Positions 10,751-24,217 of a stretch of DNA of 64,000 bases are shown here, piece after piece (position 1 is the stretch's first letter; every line of letters starts with the position of its first letter). Source of the stretch: Octopus vulgaris (Eukaryota). The notes beneath the pieces are model-generated. The model ran no database searches. It was given only the letters and a program-made list of their open reading frames with translations, and was not told the origin of the DNA. The translations under genes were made by a program, and so were the position numbers. The stretch is from the NCBI GenBank assembly GCA_951406725.2, contig OX597820.1:87172001-87236000 (forward strand). Reading direction: 5' to 3'.

Positions 10751-13539
10751 TTTGGAGAGTTCAGAAGTTTCATGAGTTAGGAGTTATCCTTTAGTCACCA
10801 CAATTCCCAGGTTCACTCTAGGCCAGAATAATAATAGCTATCTAGGGTTACATGTATGAGGCAAATAGAAGATGGTCCTGAGAATGGGTCATACAGAAAT
10901 TGGAGGTGGGGCTAACCCCTAGACATACGTCACACAAACTCAACATTGTGTGGGCATGCTTTGACGTTACGTGAACCAGTCTCTCTGAAATATGTTCTGT
11001 TCCTCAAGGATAAGCTCGTGGGATAGGAGACTAGCAGAGTAAAAGGTAAATAAATTGTCAAAAGGCAACAGGAAATCACTGCTATATATTTTCCATGAGA
11101 AATTAAGAATTTTTAGACTTTTGTGATTGTCTCCCTTGCATTTCTTGATAAAAAGTGCAGTGGGGACTGGCGTGGAATATGGAAAGGAAGAGAGGTGGCA
11201 AGAGAGACATAAACAAAGATCTTTATGACTCTTTTCAAAACTTTTATAAATTCAATACGGAGATGAAATTAATCAGTAGAGTGTGAAGAAACGAATAACG
11301 TTTTTACGGTAACTAAAATGAGTTCAATACTCTTCAAAACCCAATAAATGTAATGTGTTGTGAGGAAAATATTCTACAGTTTGGAGTAAGCCCCTTTCTA
11401 TTATATGAGCCCACATAGAAACGTTAGAAATCCGATTCACAACGCATTAGCCTTTTTTTATAGCGTCTATCTACTGTTTACTAACTGAACCATAGTCAGA
11501 GAAATTATATGGTCGCTAGACTTGCTAACATAGCAGCCAGATATCCTTCAAATCATCGGCCAACATCCTTAAGAAAGCGGGAATATATTGGACCTTGGAG
11601 TCCTCAGTATACTATACTTCAAAAAGAAAAGATGTGATAATGAAAGTTAGGTCTTTGATCATAGGTCTCCTCGATTAGAACTGATTGGAGACTACACCAC
11701 TACCATCAGCACTTCAACCACTGCTACTATCACTGACAGCAACAGACTCACCAACATCACTACCACTATCATTGCCACCACCACTACCGCCATCTACATC
11801 ATATAAACCCTAACAACATTACAACTACTATCATCACCGACAACAATAACAGTATAACAGAAGCAGACGTAACAAGAATGACAACTTATTCCAATCTACT
11901 TCCTTAATTTCTATCATTATGCATTGGTAGACTCGTGGCTATTGCAAAAGTCCTTAGGATGCTCGAAGTCGGACTGAACTCGGAATCCACAAAATTTGAA
12001 AAGTGAGCTTCAATGAAGCTCTATGTTTTGGGTAGAACTTGGAAACAGTGATCGGTGGAACCTATGTTGTTGTTGTTGCTGCTGCTGCTACTGCTGCTGC
12101 TGCAGCTGCTGCTACTGCTGCTGTGAGTGTGTCACAGATGTATAGAGCCCTGGTATCGCTTAGTGAAAATGAAATATGTGCAAAGGGCTATGACCTTAGC
12201 AGCGTCTCCAAAAGATAGCGACGAAGAATCTTAAAGAAATAATACTTCATGTATCTTCAGTCCGGAGTTCTAGTCTCAATACTGCAACGGACTCTACTTT
12301 ACTAAAGGCATCCAGAGAACGAGTGGTTGGGTTAACCCATAGGAAATTAATTCTACAACACAAAATCAAAGCAGATCCCTCTGACAGGCTTCTATGCAGT
12401 TTCCTACTTCCTTGATTTTAACCATAATGCGTTGGTAGACTCGTAACTATAGCAGAAGTTCTAAGGGTGCGCGTAGCTGGACCGAACCCGGAATCAGGTA
12501 ACTGGAAAGAGAACTTCAATGAAGCTCACTCTGTTGGGTGAAACTTGAAATAGTGATAGGTGGAACCTATGTAGATACGTTGGTGGAAGGGGAATATAGA
12601 ATTATAGTATAAGGGTTTGCTGAACATTTCTGCTGCAAACTATTGCCATGGTTGTTGTTGTTGTTGCTGCTGCTATTAATGTTGCTGTTGTAGTTGATGC
12701 TTAACACCAGGTCAGCCTTGATCCAAAAGGTTAGCAAGGAATGATATTAGAAAGGAAGAAAGGTCATATGCTAATGTTTCTTGTTAGTTCTTGTGGGATG
12801 GTTGTGTAACTCGGCAAAGGCTAATCAAACTTTAGCACGTTTAAAAGAAACCATCAATGAATGACATCTTTCCTATCCAACACTAAAATTAATTATGGAA
12901 GATAATCAGCTTAAATTGCATGCTTTCTAACAATTACATAGTTTAAACAAGCAATTAGATTCACTTACGTGGAATTATAATAACTGATCCGTAATTCAAG
13001 ACGTTGTGGTATTTCAAATGAAACTTCTTACAGATAATTATCCCCCCCCCCACTCTTGGGTACGTATATTCTACATTAGAATACCTTCTCTCTTAAATAT
13101 TAGGATATCACATCATATGTGTGTATGTGTGTATATGTATAAATGTATAAATACATATATTTAACGGTTGGTTTGTGACGATTGCCACTTCTCACCTACA
13201 ATGTATTTATATTTCGATAGCGATAAACTCTGTTTTTAATCCCATAGACCTTAAACTACAGTGAAAAGAACAGGAGCGTATTCGATGTTATTGACCGCAA
13301 TGTGGCAACAGTGAATACAAAGACGTATTCTTATGTAATGTGGTTGTTATACTAATTACTGCTAATAAATATACAAGGCTCCAGTTGCTGAGGTGTGAAT
13401 AGTTGATTAGATCAACTACATTACTTGACTAATTATTATTTCGCAGACGACGAAAGATAAGTCATTAATTGAAACGGTGAGATTTAAAAGGAATACAATT
13501 ATACACCGAAATAGATTTTATGATAATAGTAATAAAAAT

Positions 13540-13755
13540 TATTTCTATAATAGGTACAGAGCCTGAAATTTTAGAGGAGGGGGCAATTTGATTACATCCA
13601 CTCCAGTGCTCGACTGGTATTTACTTTATCCAACAACGAAAGGGTGAAAGGCAAGCTCGACGTCTGTGGAAGTGGATCGCAGAACGTAAGGAGCTGGAAG
13701 AAACGTTGTTAAGCATTTTGCCTAACGTGCTATCTATTTTGCCAGCCCATCGCCT
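13540..13755 (-). mobile_element. SINE family A (diverged)
   Basis: Family A core followed by (AAC)n/(AAT)n. Confidence 0.75.
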
Positions 13756-13820
13756 TAATAAAAACAACAACAACAACAACAACAACAACAATAACAATAA
13801 CAGGGATAATAATAATAATG

Positions 13821-13900
<80 letters not shown>

Positions 13901-13902
<2 letters not shown>

Positions 13903-14345
13903 AGCAAATATTCTGCTCAATACCACAGATTTGCTTGTCAGTTGTTTGATTTTAACTATTTGGGCTGGTGGCAGACGATATGTGCATCCCTGATCACGAG
14001 CAAAAGTAGTCGGGGAGCATCATAGCCATATGTTGAGAGGAATTCTTTGGGGTTTGAAAAATTCACCTCTGAAAACACGGGTATTTTGTTCAACGACCTT
14101 AAACAAGCCTTATTCAGGTACTTTTTGACCGAGATGGGCTACTCGACCTGAAGAAAATTATAACTGGACCCTACCTGCAAGGTCATTTGCTGTTTATCTT
14201 GATATGAGATCACTATGTCGCGTATATATGGTCATGATACATGTATCTAGTGTACCCTTATCAGACGGGTAGTTATGATGGGTATATTGGACTTCGTATA
14301 TTTTACTAGAGTTTCACTTTGATGGCAAGCAATATTCGCCCACTC
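13901..14345. repeat. ~445-bp non-coding interspersed element between (AAT/AAC)n tracts, possibly a Dong/R4 UTR derivative
   Basis: Complex sequence bounded on both sides by AAT/AAC microsatellite, adjacent to an R4/Dong RT fragment. Confidence 0.45.
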
Positions 14346-14364
14346 AACAACAACAACAACGATG

Positions 14365-14416
<52 letters not shown>

Positions 14417-14440
14417 CAACAACAACAACAACAACAACAA

Positions 14441-15345
14441 AATAAATAGTAGAAAACGAAGCACTGAAGATGAGAAACCTAATGTAGAAGAAGATAGAAA
14501 GTATTGGATAAATCAGTCAATCATAATGGAGATGCAGTATGGTCAAAGAAAGTGAAGGAAGAAGTAGTGAGTGAGAAGCAGCCAGATTTAAGATTAACTA
14601 CTGCATTAATGAGTAAAGTGTTAGGAAAATACCGAATTTGAGGGGCCCAGAACCAGATTTAGTCCAAAGGTACTGGTTATGGAAATTTAGCAGTTTACAT
14701 GAGAGGCTGAGGGAACACTTCAGGATTGCCTTAATGACCCAATAATACCAGATTGAATGACTAGAGGAAGGACAATACTCCTTATGAAATATAAAAGCAA
14801 TGGTATTACAGGTAGCAATTATAGACCAATCATTTGCTTACCATTTGTGTGGAAGCTGTTAACAGGAATGCTTTCAGAAAGCTTTTACGAGCACCTTGAC
14901 AACCAGAATTTACTGTCAGAAGAACAGAAAGGTTGCAAGAAGAAGGCTATTGGAACACACGAGCTATTATACATACACAAAGCAGTTCTAAATTAAGTAA
15001 AGGCTAGAAACAAAAATCTAACAATAGCATGGATAGATTATAAGAAAGCCTATAACATGATCCCACACTCATGTATAAGTGAATGTTTGAGTATATTCAG
15101 TATAGAAGACAACATAAGAGAATTAATTAGCTTTAGCATGAAGAAATGGCAAGTAGATCTCTACTCTACTCAGATGACAGTCTTAGAGAAAATTAATATC
15201 AAGAGAGGAATTTTCCAAGGATCTCGTTATCCTCTTTAATATTTGTCTTAAGTTTGATCCCCCTCAATTTATTAGTAAAGAAGGCAAAAGCGGGGCATCA
15301 GTTCAGAAATGGCAAGGGAAAAAATAACCTTTTGCTCTTTAAGAG
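14441..15345 (+). mobile_element. decayed R4/Dong-clade non-LTR retrotransposon RT fragment
   Basis: GPEPDLVQRYWL, MTRGRTILLMK...SNYRPIICLPFVWKLLTGM...LLSEEQKGC...AWIDYKKAYNMIPHS...INIKRGIFQG. Confidence 0.85.
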
Positions 15346-15710
15346 AAAAGACAACCAACAGGTCTCATGCTATTCATTTAAAAATTCATGAGTAGAACTT
15401 ATTATTATCTCTGCCTTTGAAACTATTTTGAATGGTGAATTTGTTAACTTTAACTTGTATTAGATAAGGATAAACTATTTATTATTCTTACTAAATTTTC
15501 TACAACCACCTTTACATTCCATGATTACCAGTGGGACCGATCAGGTACCGGATAAGGATTCTGGATTGTTTTTCCGTTTTTTTTTTTTTTTTTTACTTAA
15601 TTTTTGAGAGCGGTCGGGTTCATTCTTAGTATTCTCGTTTGTGAAAGCAGATATTCTCATTTTAAAAATCATCTCTGGCTAATCGTGGAGAAGTTGGTGT
15701 TGCCTTGTGC

Positions 15711-15862
15711 CTTCTTCTTCTTCTTCTTCTTCTTCTTCTTCTTCTTCTTCTTCTTCTTCTTCTTCTTCTTCTTCTTCTTCTTCTTCTTCTTCTTCTTCTT
15801 CTTCTTCTTCTTCTTCTTCTTCTTCTTCTTCTTCTTCTTCTTCTTCTTCTTCTTCTTCTTCT
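15711..15862. repeat. (CTT)n microsatellite
   Basis: Directly visible. Confidence 0.98.
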
Positions 15863-17215
15863 AAGGATCTTTTTTAGCATCCACAACTTCTCGAAATGAA
15901 ATAAAAATCACGAAACTTTTACATAGGGTTATAAGAAAGAAAAGATATCTTGAAGTGTGAAAAAACACACCTACAACTAACGGAGGTAGGAGCAAAAGAC
16001 ATTAAACACTAAGTAGAATGACGTACTATACAATTTTAAAAGTACACACACGCACACATGTGTTGGCTGATCGTTGTTTGGCCACTCTGTTTTTGTAAGA
16101 CCTTGAATTCTTAAATGTCTGTATGTTGGAGTTAAGCTATCTTTAAAAGAAATGCAGAAACCATCTAAATATAATGGACGAGGATCAGAAATAACCAGAA
16201 TATAGAGGCTGAAGTACCCTTTTCCAAAATTTTACTCCAGATGATAGTGAAACTCAGAGTTGGTCCATTCATTTGAGCTATGCCCATTACTCTTACCTGC
16301 CTTTTTGCAAATTTATGGGTGGAAAGCCACTTCCTTTTTGGACCGCATCTTCCTTTCAAGTGTTTGCTGGAAAAATCTATGAGGATTTATTCGAAGTCCT
16401 TTCAGTCTAAGTTACAGTCTAAGCTGTAGATACGGGGGGGGGCGTAGAAAATTCCTGCTTTCTCTTCCCAATAAAAAAGAACGAGGTGCGATATATTAAC
16501 GATATATTAACGATCTCGAACTTCCAACATTCGTCAACAACAGTTTGATATAATTCCACAAGCCAGTACTGCTAAGACACTGAACCCATGCGTGGAGAAC
16601 ACTCCTTCGAAATTTCAGACAAACCAAACTGACGTCTCTGCTTTGTTTGCTGAGTTTCTCTTGAACCGGTAATTTCTCGTGGTAGTATTGCCAGACCCAG
16701 GATTTTTCCAAAGTAATTTGCAAAAACTGAATAAAAAAATCAGACAACAATATTACTGATGATAGTCGCCACTCTCTTTACGGTTTTAGCCAAGTTGTTT
16801 CCCCAAACTAGACCGACTACGTAATCGTTGAGAACATCTTTGAATAGATTTGATGTGATAGAATTATGACCCTTTCAGCAATATCGGCTTCTTATTATAG
16901 AGTACTCAACCTACACAACTTATTTACCGTCTGTTGTCAGTTGTGCTAGTGAGCTGATAAGAACGTAGAAAGGAAGTTTGGAATATATAAGCAAAGCTTG
17001 TGGGGGCAAGCCTTCTAATTCCGGCAATTTTTCCCTCACACAAATCTCTCTGCCTCTGTACTTCTGTCATCGTTATCAGCCTCTCGCAACACTGTCTCTG
17101 ATAGTGTCGAAGACCTGCTATCAGTAGTCTGCTGACAACTCCACACAAGCTCACCAAAGTACCAGCTTGTGCTGTATTGTTTATGCTATTTTTGCATTGT
17201 TGTTACTGTTGTTAT

Positions 17216-17272
<57 letters not shown>

Positions 17273-17949
17273 CTCTTGTAGAGGCACATGTGGCGATAGA
17301 AGACGTGGTAATAGCGTCGTTGCAGCTGGTGTAGATAGTGATCTCTATACGTGGTTTCTCCAGCACACCTTCCGGTAAAAGCTCAAGCAGTACTAATTCT
17401 GATGCTGCTGATGGAGGCCATAGTGGTGAAGCTGGCTGTATTCGTGTTATACCGAGTGGTTATCGAGTGCTTACTGAGTGCTTGTCATCCATCTTATCAC
17501 ACGTCATATTGCCAACAAAACATGCAACAATTAAATATAAAAATTTACATTTCAAACAAATATAAATAACTGAAGCTTTTCTACAATATAACAGAGGCTT
17601 TGCTTCGATGCTCTGCGGCTATAACAAGAACAAAAGATTTTCTGGAGAATAATGGTAAAGAAAATCCACAGAATTTAACTAAAGTAGTCATGATAGTCAT
17701 ACAGAATGACTCGAGGATAGTGAAACCGCAGGAACCTGATACAATGCAACAATATAAGATCTATAATAAGGAGCCGATAATTGCTGAAAGGGTCATAATT
17801 CTATCACATCAAATCTATTCAAAGATTTTCTCAACGATTACGTAGTCGGTCTAGTTTGGGGAATTTGTCAAACTTGTAGATTATCACCGGTAACATTTTA
17901 TCTCGTATATTAAAAGGATTTTAAATAATTGTTGAAGTAACAGTTTTGC

Positions 17950-18410
17950 TGTTGGAAAAGTCATTGAAGCCAGTGATCTAGATGTATAGTGCCCCGAAAT
18001 AAGTTGCCTTAACATACGATGAAAGTGAAAAGTTTATATGAGGAGAAATAATTTCTCATGACTATCATCGTGTAAAGAACGTTAGCCACAATTGAAACAA
18101 CATACTAAACTACAGAAAGGGAAGCCTTAGCAATTGCTTTCTATATTCGAAGTACTTTACAGTTTCTGTTTGGCCAAACACTTTCATTAGTTTCAGCGTA
18201 TAGGTTACTAGAATATATTTTTAACAGCAGTTGTGGTTTGCCAAATGTAACATCTGCATGTATTTTAAGTTGAGCTTCACAGATGACAGCATTTTATTAC
18301 CGAATATTTTATGAAAAAAGATCTGAAATACCACATGTTGATGCCCTATCACGGTTAAAATTTATTCATAATGACATAATGCTGGTTTGGATGAACGTGA
18401 TCATGATGAA
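17950..18410 (+). mobile_element. Gypsy LTR-retrotransposon RNase H fragment (decayed)
   Basis: TEREALAIAFYIRSTLQFLFGQTLSLVSAYRLLEYIFN...LPNVTSACILS*ASQMTAFYYRIFYEKRSEIPHVDALSRLKF. Confidence 0.85.
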
Positions 18411-18564
18411 GATGGGTGTTCTTCATCCATCATTTAGCAACTTATGTAATAAAACGTGAAAATATCAGATTAGAGCCTGTCAAATAATTATATTTTATGT
18501 GGTACACTAAAATCTGTTTTAATTAATAAAACAAATAAAATATTATGATTGGCAGTTTCTACAA

Positions 18565-19250
18565 GATGGGCTGAAAAGTCATCATCACAAACACGTTCAT
18601 TCAAACCAATATTTTTAATAAATTCTAATCGTGATAATGCATTCACAAGCGATATTTCTGATCCCTTTCTTTGAGTTATTTCACAATCAAATTTTATCCA
18701 TCACAGAATACGTATAAAGCCCACCTCAAAAGTAATGAAAGCCTGTAAACCACAGCTACAATTGAAATATATTCTTGCGGTCTACGAGCTGAAATCAATT
18801 TAAATTAGATAAAATCATAAAGAAGCTAGTTTTATCAGACAGTGTTAATGGTGATAAAATTTGTCCTCCATCGAAGGCGACAGGCTAAGATTTCTTCTTG
18901 AGTGAGTGATTGTCTGATAACTCAAAGCCATGAGACTCAGATATGCATTAATAGAACCTTTACTTGGAGAATATGTTTTCAAATTCATTTAAACGCAGCC
19001 ATTCCTTCGATAATTTCATTTGATTCTGGATATGAAGTCATTTTCGTAGATTTACATCTGAACTTAGCAAGCCATAAATACAAGGCATTAATCAATTTGC
19101 TCGGCGTTGCTTTGACTAATTCCTTAAAAATTAATTTGTTCACTGTCAAAATACCTAATCAACAACTGTTTATTATACTTCAAAACTCTTTATATTTTAA
19201 ACAACCGAATCGAGTTAGGTGTCGAAAACTGTACACTTTTCCTCATGCAA
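18565..19250 (-). mobile_element. second Gypsy RT/RNase H fragment in opposite orientation
   Basis: Minus reading IYFNCSCGL...KFDCEITQRKGSEISLVNALSRLEF, followed by the same TGGTTTG(G/A)ATGAACGTG tail as the plus copy. Confidence 0.65.
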
Positions 19251-19869
19251 TATCGATTTGGTTATGTAAATATCATGGCGTAAATGTAAATATGAATAAA
19301 TTATTTCATAAGAATATAACACAGAGATTTACCACTTAACAGGAGATTACTTAATCTGAGTTATTGCAAATAATGAGTGATTAATTAGGTAGAAAATGAA
19401 CACCATTGATAAACTGTATTTGAAGGCAAAATTAATAACCAATTTAATGTTACGCAAAAAGTAAATATAAACAAGTTCAATGATTCCTTAATATCTAATC
19501 AACTAATGTACTAGACTTTTGTATAGTGGTAGTATGAATGATTTAACACAATAGGGCTTCAAGTGTTTACTTCAAAACCTATATCATAACAAAATAGATG
19601 TCTGTATTTTAGGTTGTGACTCATGGTTATGAAAATTGAGAATATTCAAATCTTGTTTGAGTTTAAATGATGCCAATTTTACTTGAAACGGGTATCTAGA
19701 ATAAATTCGAATTAAACCAATTTACTCCAGTACATTCATGCGTTCAATAATTAGACTAATTATAGTGTGAAGACTAAAGGTTATGTTGTTGCTTCGGGGC
19801 GTTACTAGATGGAAATATTAGAGCAGCAGACACTTAAGGACGTAACCAAAATTAAACAGTGCACCTGAG

Positions 19870-20761
19870 CACTGTGTACAATAATTTCATTATTATCATT
19901 GTCAGAATTTTCTAACGAAGAACCAAACATAATCCCGATAGAACGAATAAATTCAGTTTGTCAAAAATAGATGAGAATAAATATGTGATCTTAATTTTTG
20001 TCACGCTCTTTCCTATTCATTTCAATCTGTTACACTTAACAATTATATTACAATAAACATGATCAAACGAAGTAGCCACACCATCATTCAATGCTCACAA
20101 CTGCATTGTGTGCGATCATTGATCTACTCGATTCGGGTTAACCTTAGACTAAAAGACAAGTATAACACATATAACAAAGTAGTGACATATAGATTAGATG
20201 TGAATTTGAGAACCTCAAAAGAAATTGGCTGTCGAATGTTGTTAGAAATACACTTCCGACATTTTCATTTCAATTTCTTTGTAGAAAAATTTGGTGCAGT
20301 AAAAGAGCAAGGTGAACGATTCCATCAAGATATTCAAACAATAGAAACTTGAGAACAGCAATTTAAAAATGAAGAAACAGTGAATGATTATCGCTAGATG
20401 CTATATGAAACGACGCACACCAAGTAACACTTTAAAATTCTTGCATAATGTAGAGTTTTCAGTTACATATGTATCTAATTGACTCTGTGATATAAAAATG
20501 ATGTTAAAATAAATTATGTATGAATTTATCCAATGAAGTGAACGCTATGTTTCGATTCAAACATTTATAAAATCTTATATAAAATGTTATTCAATATATC
20601 TTAAAGTATTGAGAGAAAAAGAAAACTAAGATCGTCATATTTTAAACATTAAACGTGAAAGGGGAAAACTAAAACCAGATTCAGAATTAGCGTCCAAAAC
20701 ACGTTCAGAAACAAGTAATTTCATTACGGCTGAAGAGAAAAATTTACTTTATGGAGCATTG
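19870..20761 (+). mobile_element. Chapaev3-like DNA transposon, internally deleted
   Basis: IGCRMLLEIHFRHFHFNFFVEKFGAVKEQGERFHQDIQTIE..NDY matches the GCxMSLKIHFLHSHLDFF...GERFHQDI transposase C-terminus; CACTG...CATTG termini. Confidence 0.65.
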
Positions 20762-20941
20762 TTATATTAATAATCCACAAAGAAAAAGGAAATAGTTTAC
20801 CCGGCCGGTAGTTCAGCTGAAAACGTTACTGGTTTCATCTAAATACACCAATGAATTTAACCCAGTACCGCAGTGACTTTGTAACAAAACCGTTCTTTGT
20901 ATATTAATAATTAACTAGTGGGACCTGTGGAAATTCCACAG

Positions 20942-21098
20942 AGCTTACGAACCACATGGTTCCGGGTTCAGTCCCACTGCGTGGTACTTTGGGCAAGTGT
21001 CTTCTACTATAGCCTCGGGCCGACCAAAGCCTTGTGAGTGGATTTGGTAGACGAAAACTGAAAGAAGCCCGTCGTATATATGTATATATATATGTGTG

Positions 21099-21129
<31 letters not shown>

Positions 21130-21336
21130 TTGTGTGTCTGTGTTTGTTCCCCCAACATTGCTCGGCAACCGATGCTGGTGTGTTTACGTGCCCGTAACTT
21201 AGCAGTTCGACAAAAGTGACCGATAGAATAAGTACTAGGCTTAGAATAAGTCCTGGGGGTTGATTTGCTCGACTAAGGGCGGTACTCTAGCATGGCTGCA
21301 GTCACATGACTGAAACAAGTAAAAGAGTAAAAGAGT

Positions 21337-21340
<4 letters not shown>
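20942..21340 (+). mobile_element. SINE family B (CORE-like), with internal (TA)/(TG) microsatellite
   Basis: GGTTCAGTCCCACTGCGTGGTACTTTGGGCAAGTGTCTTC...; tail GAAACAAGTAAAAGAGTAAAAGAG. Confidence 0.9.
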
Positions 21341-21378
<38 letters not shown>

Positions 21379-21966
21379 TGAAAGATTAAGAGAAGCTATT
21401 TAAGAAAGAAAGGATTATTTTTATATTTATTTTAAGTTATTTCACTTCCACTCACAATAATATATTATATGATTTAAAAAGTTTCCTCTGCTAAGCACTT
21501 TGTATCTCCATCTTCCTCGCTGCCTCTTCAACAAACTTTTTATCCATGTATAATCCCCGCTTCTTGTCTTTAACATTTCTCTCTTTCTCTACACCTTTCC
21601 CTCCCCACCCTACAGCACGTCATTAACACTTCTCTTTACCTGTTTTTTTCTCTCACCATATTTTTCTCTCGCCCTTCGCCTCCTCCCTTCAATTAACCAC
21701 GTGATGAATTTGGCCTTAACGTATTATTATACTCCTCTTTTCTTTCTTCTCTACTTACATTTCTCCCCCCACCCCACCCTCTCTCTCTCCCAGTTTTACT
21801 CCACCTGTCACTCACTCCACCTCCACCTCTCTTACTAAAGTATAACGGGCGAAAGAACAAGCAAATTATTATATAGATGCAAAATTTCAGTCGCCACGCT
21901 ATCACCACCACCATTATTGATGCTGCCACTGCTGCTGTTATTGTCGCTGCTGTTGCTGCTGCCGCT

Positions 21967-22058
<92 letters not shown>

Positions 22059-22257
22059 ACTGGCTAATATGAGCCCCCAAAGGTTCATTGGAAATAACTT
22101 GGGATGCTGAATAGCGTCGTTTATTTGAAATGACAGAGTAAGACAAGATTGAGTGTTTATAAATATCCACTCCATGAAATATTCATGACTTTACGATCAG
22201 GCAAAAACACAAATAGAAAGTATCAACACATTGTTCCTTGTAAACTTTTGTCAATCG

Positions 22258-22418
22258 CCGACAACGATGACGACGACGAGGATGATGATGATGATGATGA
22301 CGATGATGATGATGACGACGACGACGATAATGATGACGACGATGACGATGATGATGATGATGACGATGATGATGATGACGACGACGATAATGATAACGAC
22401 GACGACGACGACGACGAC

Positions 22419-22468
<50 letters not shown>

Positions 22469-22522
22469 CGATGACGATGACGGTGATGATGATGACGACG
22501 ACGACGACGACGACGATGATGA
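22258..22522. repeat. (GAT/GAC)n compound microsatellite
   Basis: Directly visible; source of the poly-Asp ORF. Confidence 0.95.
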
Positions 22523-22904
22523 TTTAATTTCTCTTAGGAATTATTTATTCCAAAAATAAGAAATTAGCAATGGGTTGACTGAATCGGGTGGGCGTCGGAC
22601 AAAACTGACTTGCGGTGTTTAGTTACGGCCTTTTATTCTCTGATTTCAAATCTCACCGAGTTCAACTTTGCCTTTCATTCTACTGAGATAGTTAGAATAA
22701 AGTACCTGTGAAGTACTGACGTTGACATATTAACCTCTTACTTTTTCTCCAAATTCGTTGCTTATTCTTTCGTAAGAAACTATTATAGCAATAATAATCA
22801 TTCTTTTATTTAGTCTCAGAGTCCTCACACACAGATGCATATAGACACACAATATCGTTTTATACAAAACGATTACAAAGCATATTGTAAGTATTTATTA
22901 ATTA

Positions 22905-23135
22905 ATGGAACAAAAGCAAAATATCTCTTCCTCTCCATATGAAATAAAGACCCAATTCTGTAACAGCTTAGGGTTCAAGTGGCCACAGCTTTGCAATAAC
23001 TTTCCAAAATCCTCAGAGATCCCTGAGATGTTTATGTGGAAAAGTTCAAAAGTGTATTTAGGGATAATTTTTTAAGAGATCCCAGATGAACCCACATTGT
23101 AGCAAGAAATGCTTAAAAGGGCATTTTTGTCCAAT
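22905..23135 (+). mobile_element. CR1-like LINE 3' fragment
   Basis: SSPYEIKTQFCNSLGFKWPQL...VEKFK...IPDEPT...RAFLSN, typical CR1 C-terminus (GPxLFN, FKxxLD, PDEP). Confidence 0.6.
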
Positions 23136-23647
23136 AAAGTTCCTAAATTCATATTCGACGTTTCCATATCTACCTAAATAGTGTCGGTGAATGCTTACAC
23201 AACTATAAGTACCTTTAACATCTTGTCCACAAACGAGGCACTAGAGAAGGTAATCCACCAAATAAAATAGACATGAATTAAAAATAAAAATTCCAGCAGA
23301 CTAATAGACTGAGATATAGAATACACCACAAATACAACAAATACATCAGAGAACGCACCTAATTAATATACCCTAATGTTATATGAACTAAATGCATAAA
23401 CACTATCGATCAGACGAATACATAATCAAATATATCATAGAATGGAGTATGAAAAGAATCAGACACGACGTTAAACCTAATGTAATAATATACTACGAAA
23501 ACACCAAAACCAATTGTCTCCTTATCAATAATACACTACAAGCATGTAAACCCGGAACAAGCTACTAATAACTAATGTAAACTATAAATTTGAGTGAATC
23601 ACCGAAAATTGCAAGCTTCAGGACTCCGGCTGTAATATTGGGCACAC

Positions 23648-23718
<71 letters not shown>

Positions 23719-23775
23719 TACACACATATATATTCATATATATATGTGTGTATGTATATAGATATATACATACAA

Positions 23776-23933
23776 GCGCAGTAGTGGCTGTGTGTTAAGT
23801 AGCTTGTTTACCAACCACATGGTTCTGGGTTCAGTCCCACTGCGTGGCACCTTGGGCAAGTGTCTTCAACTATAGCCTCGGGCCGACCAAACCTTGTGAG
23901 CGGATTTGGTAGACGGAAATTGAAAGAAGCCCA

Positions 23934-23978
<45 letters not shown>

Positions 23979-24217
23979 GTATATGTGTGTGTGTGTGTGT
24001 TTGTGTGTCTGTGTTTGCCCCCCCCCCACCGCCAACATCGCTTGACAACCGATGCTGGTGTGTTTACATCCCCGTAACCTAGCGATTCGGCAAAAGTAAC
24101 CGATAGAATAAGTACTAGGCTTGCAAAGAATAAGTCCTGGGGTCGATTTGCTCGACTAAAGGCGGTGCTCCAGCATGAAAGTAGTCAAATATCTGAAACA
24201 AGTAAAAGAGTAAAGAG
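23776..24217 (+). mobile_element. SINE family B, full length
   Basis: GCGCAGTAGTGGCTGTGTG head, CACCTTGGGCAAGTG core, AAAAGAGT tail. Confidence 0.9.

Noticed and set aside
16297-16366. 70-bp minus-strand exon with good AG/GTAAG sites (KHLKGRCGPKRKWLSTHKFAKRQ)
   Set aside because: No partner exons or recognisable domain; adjacent to retroelement debris
18902-19339. 145-aa plus-strand ORF
   Set aside because: No recognisable motif; it lies antisense to a decayed Gypsy pol fragment, so it is most likely a shadow ORF
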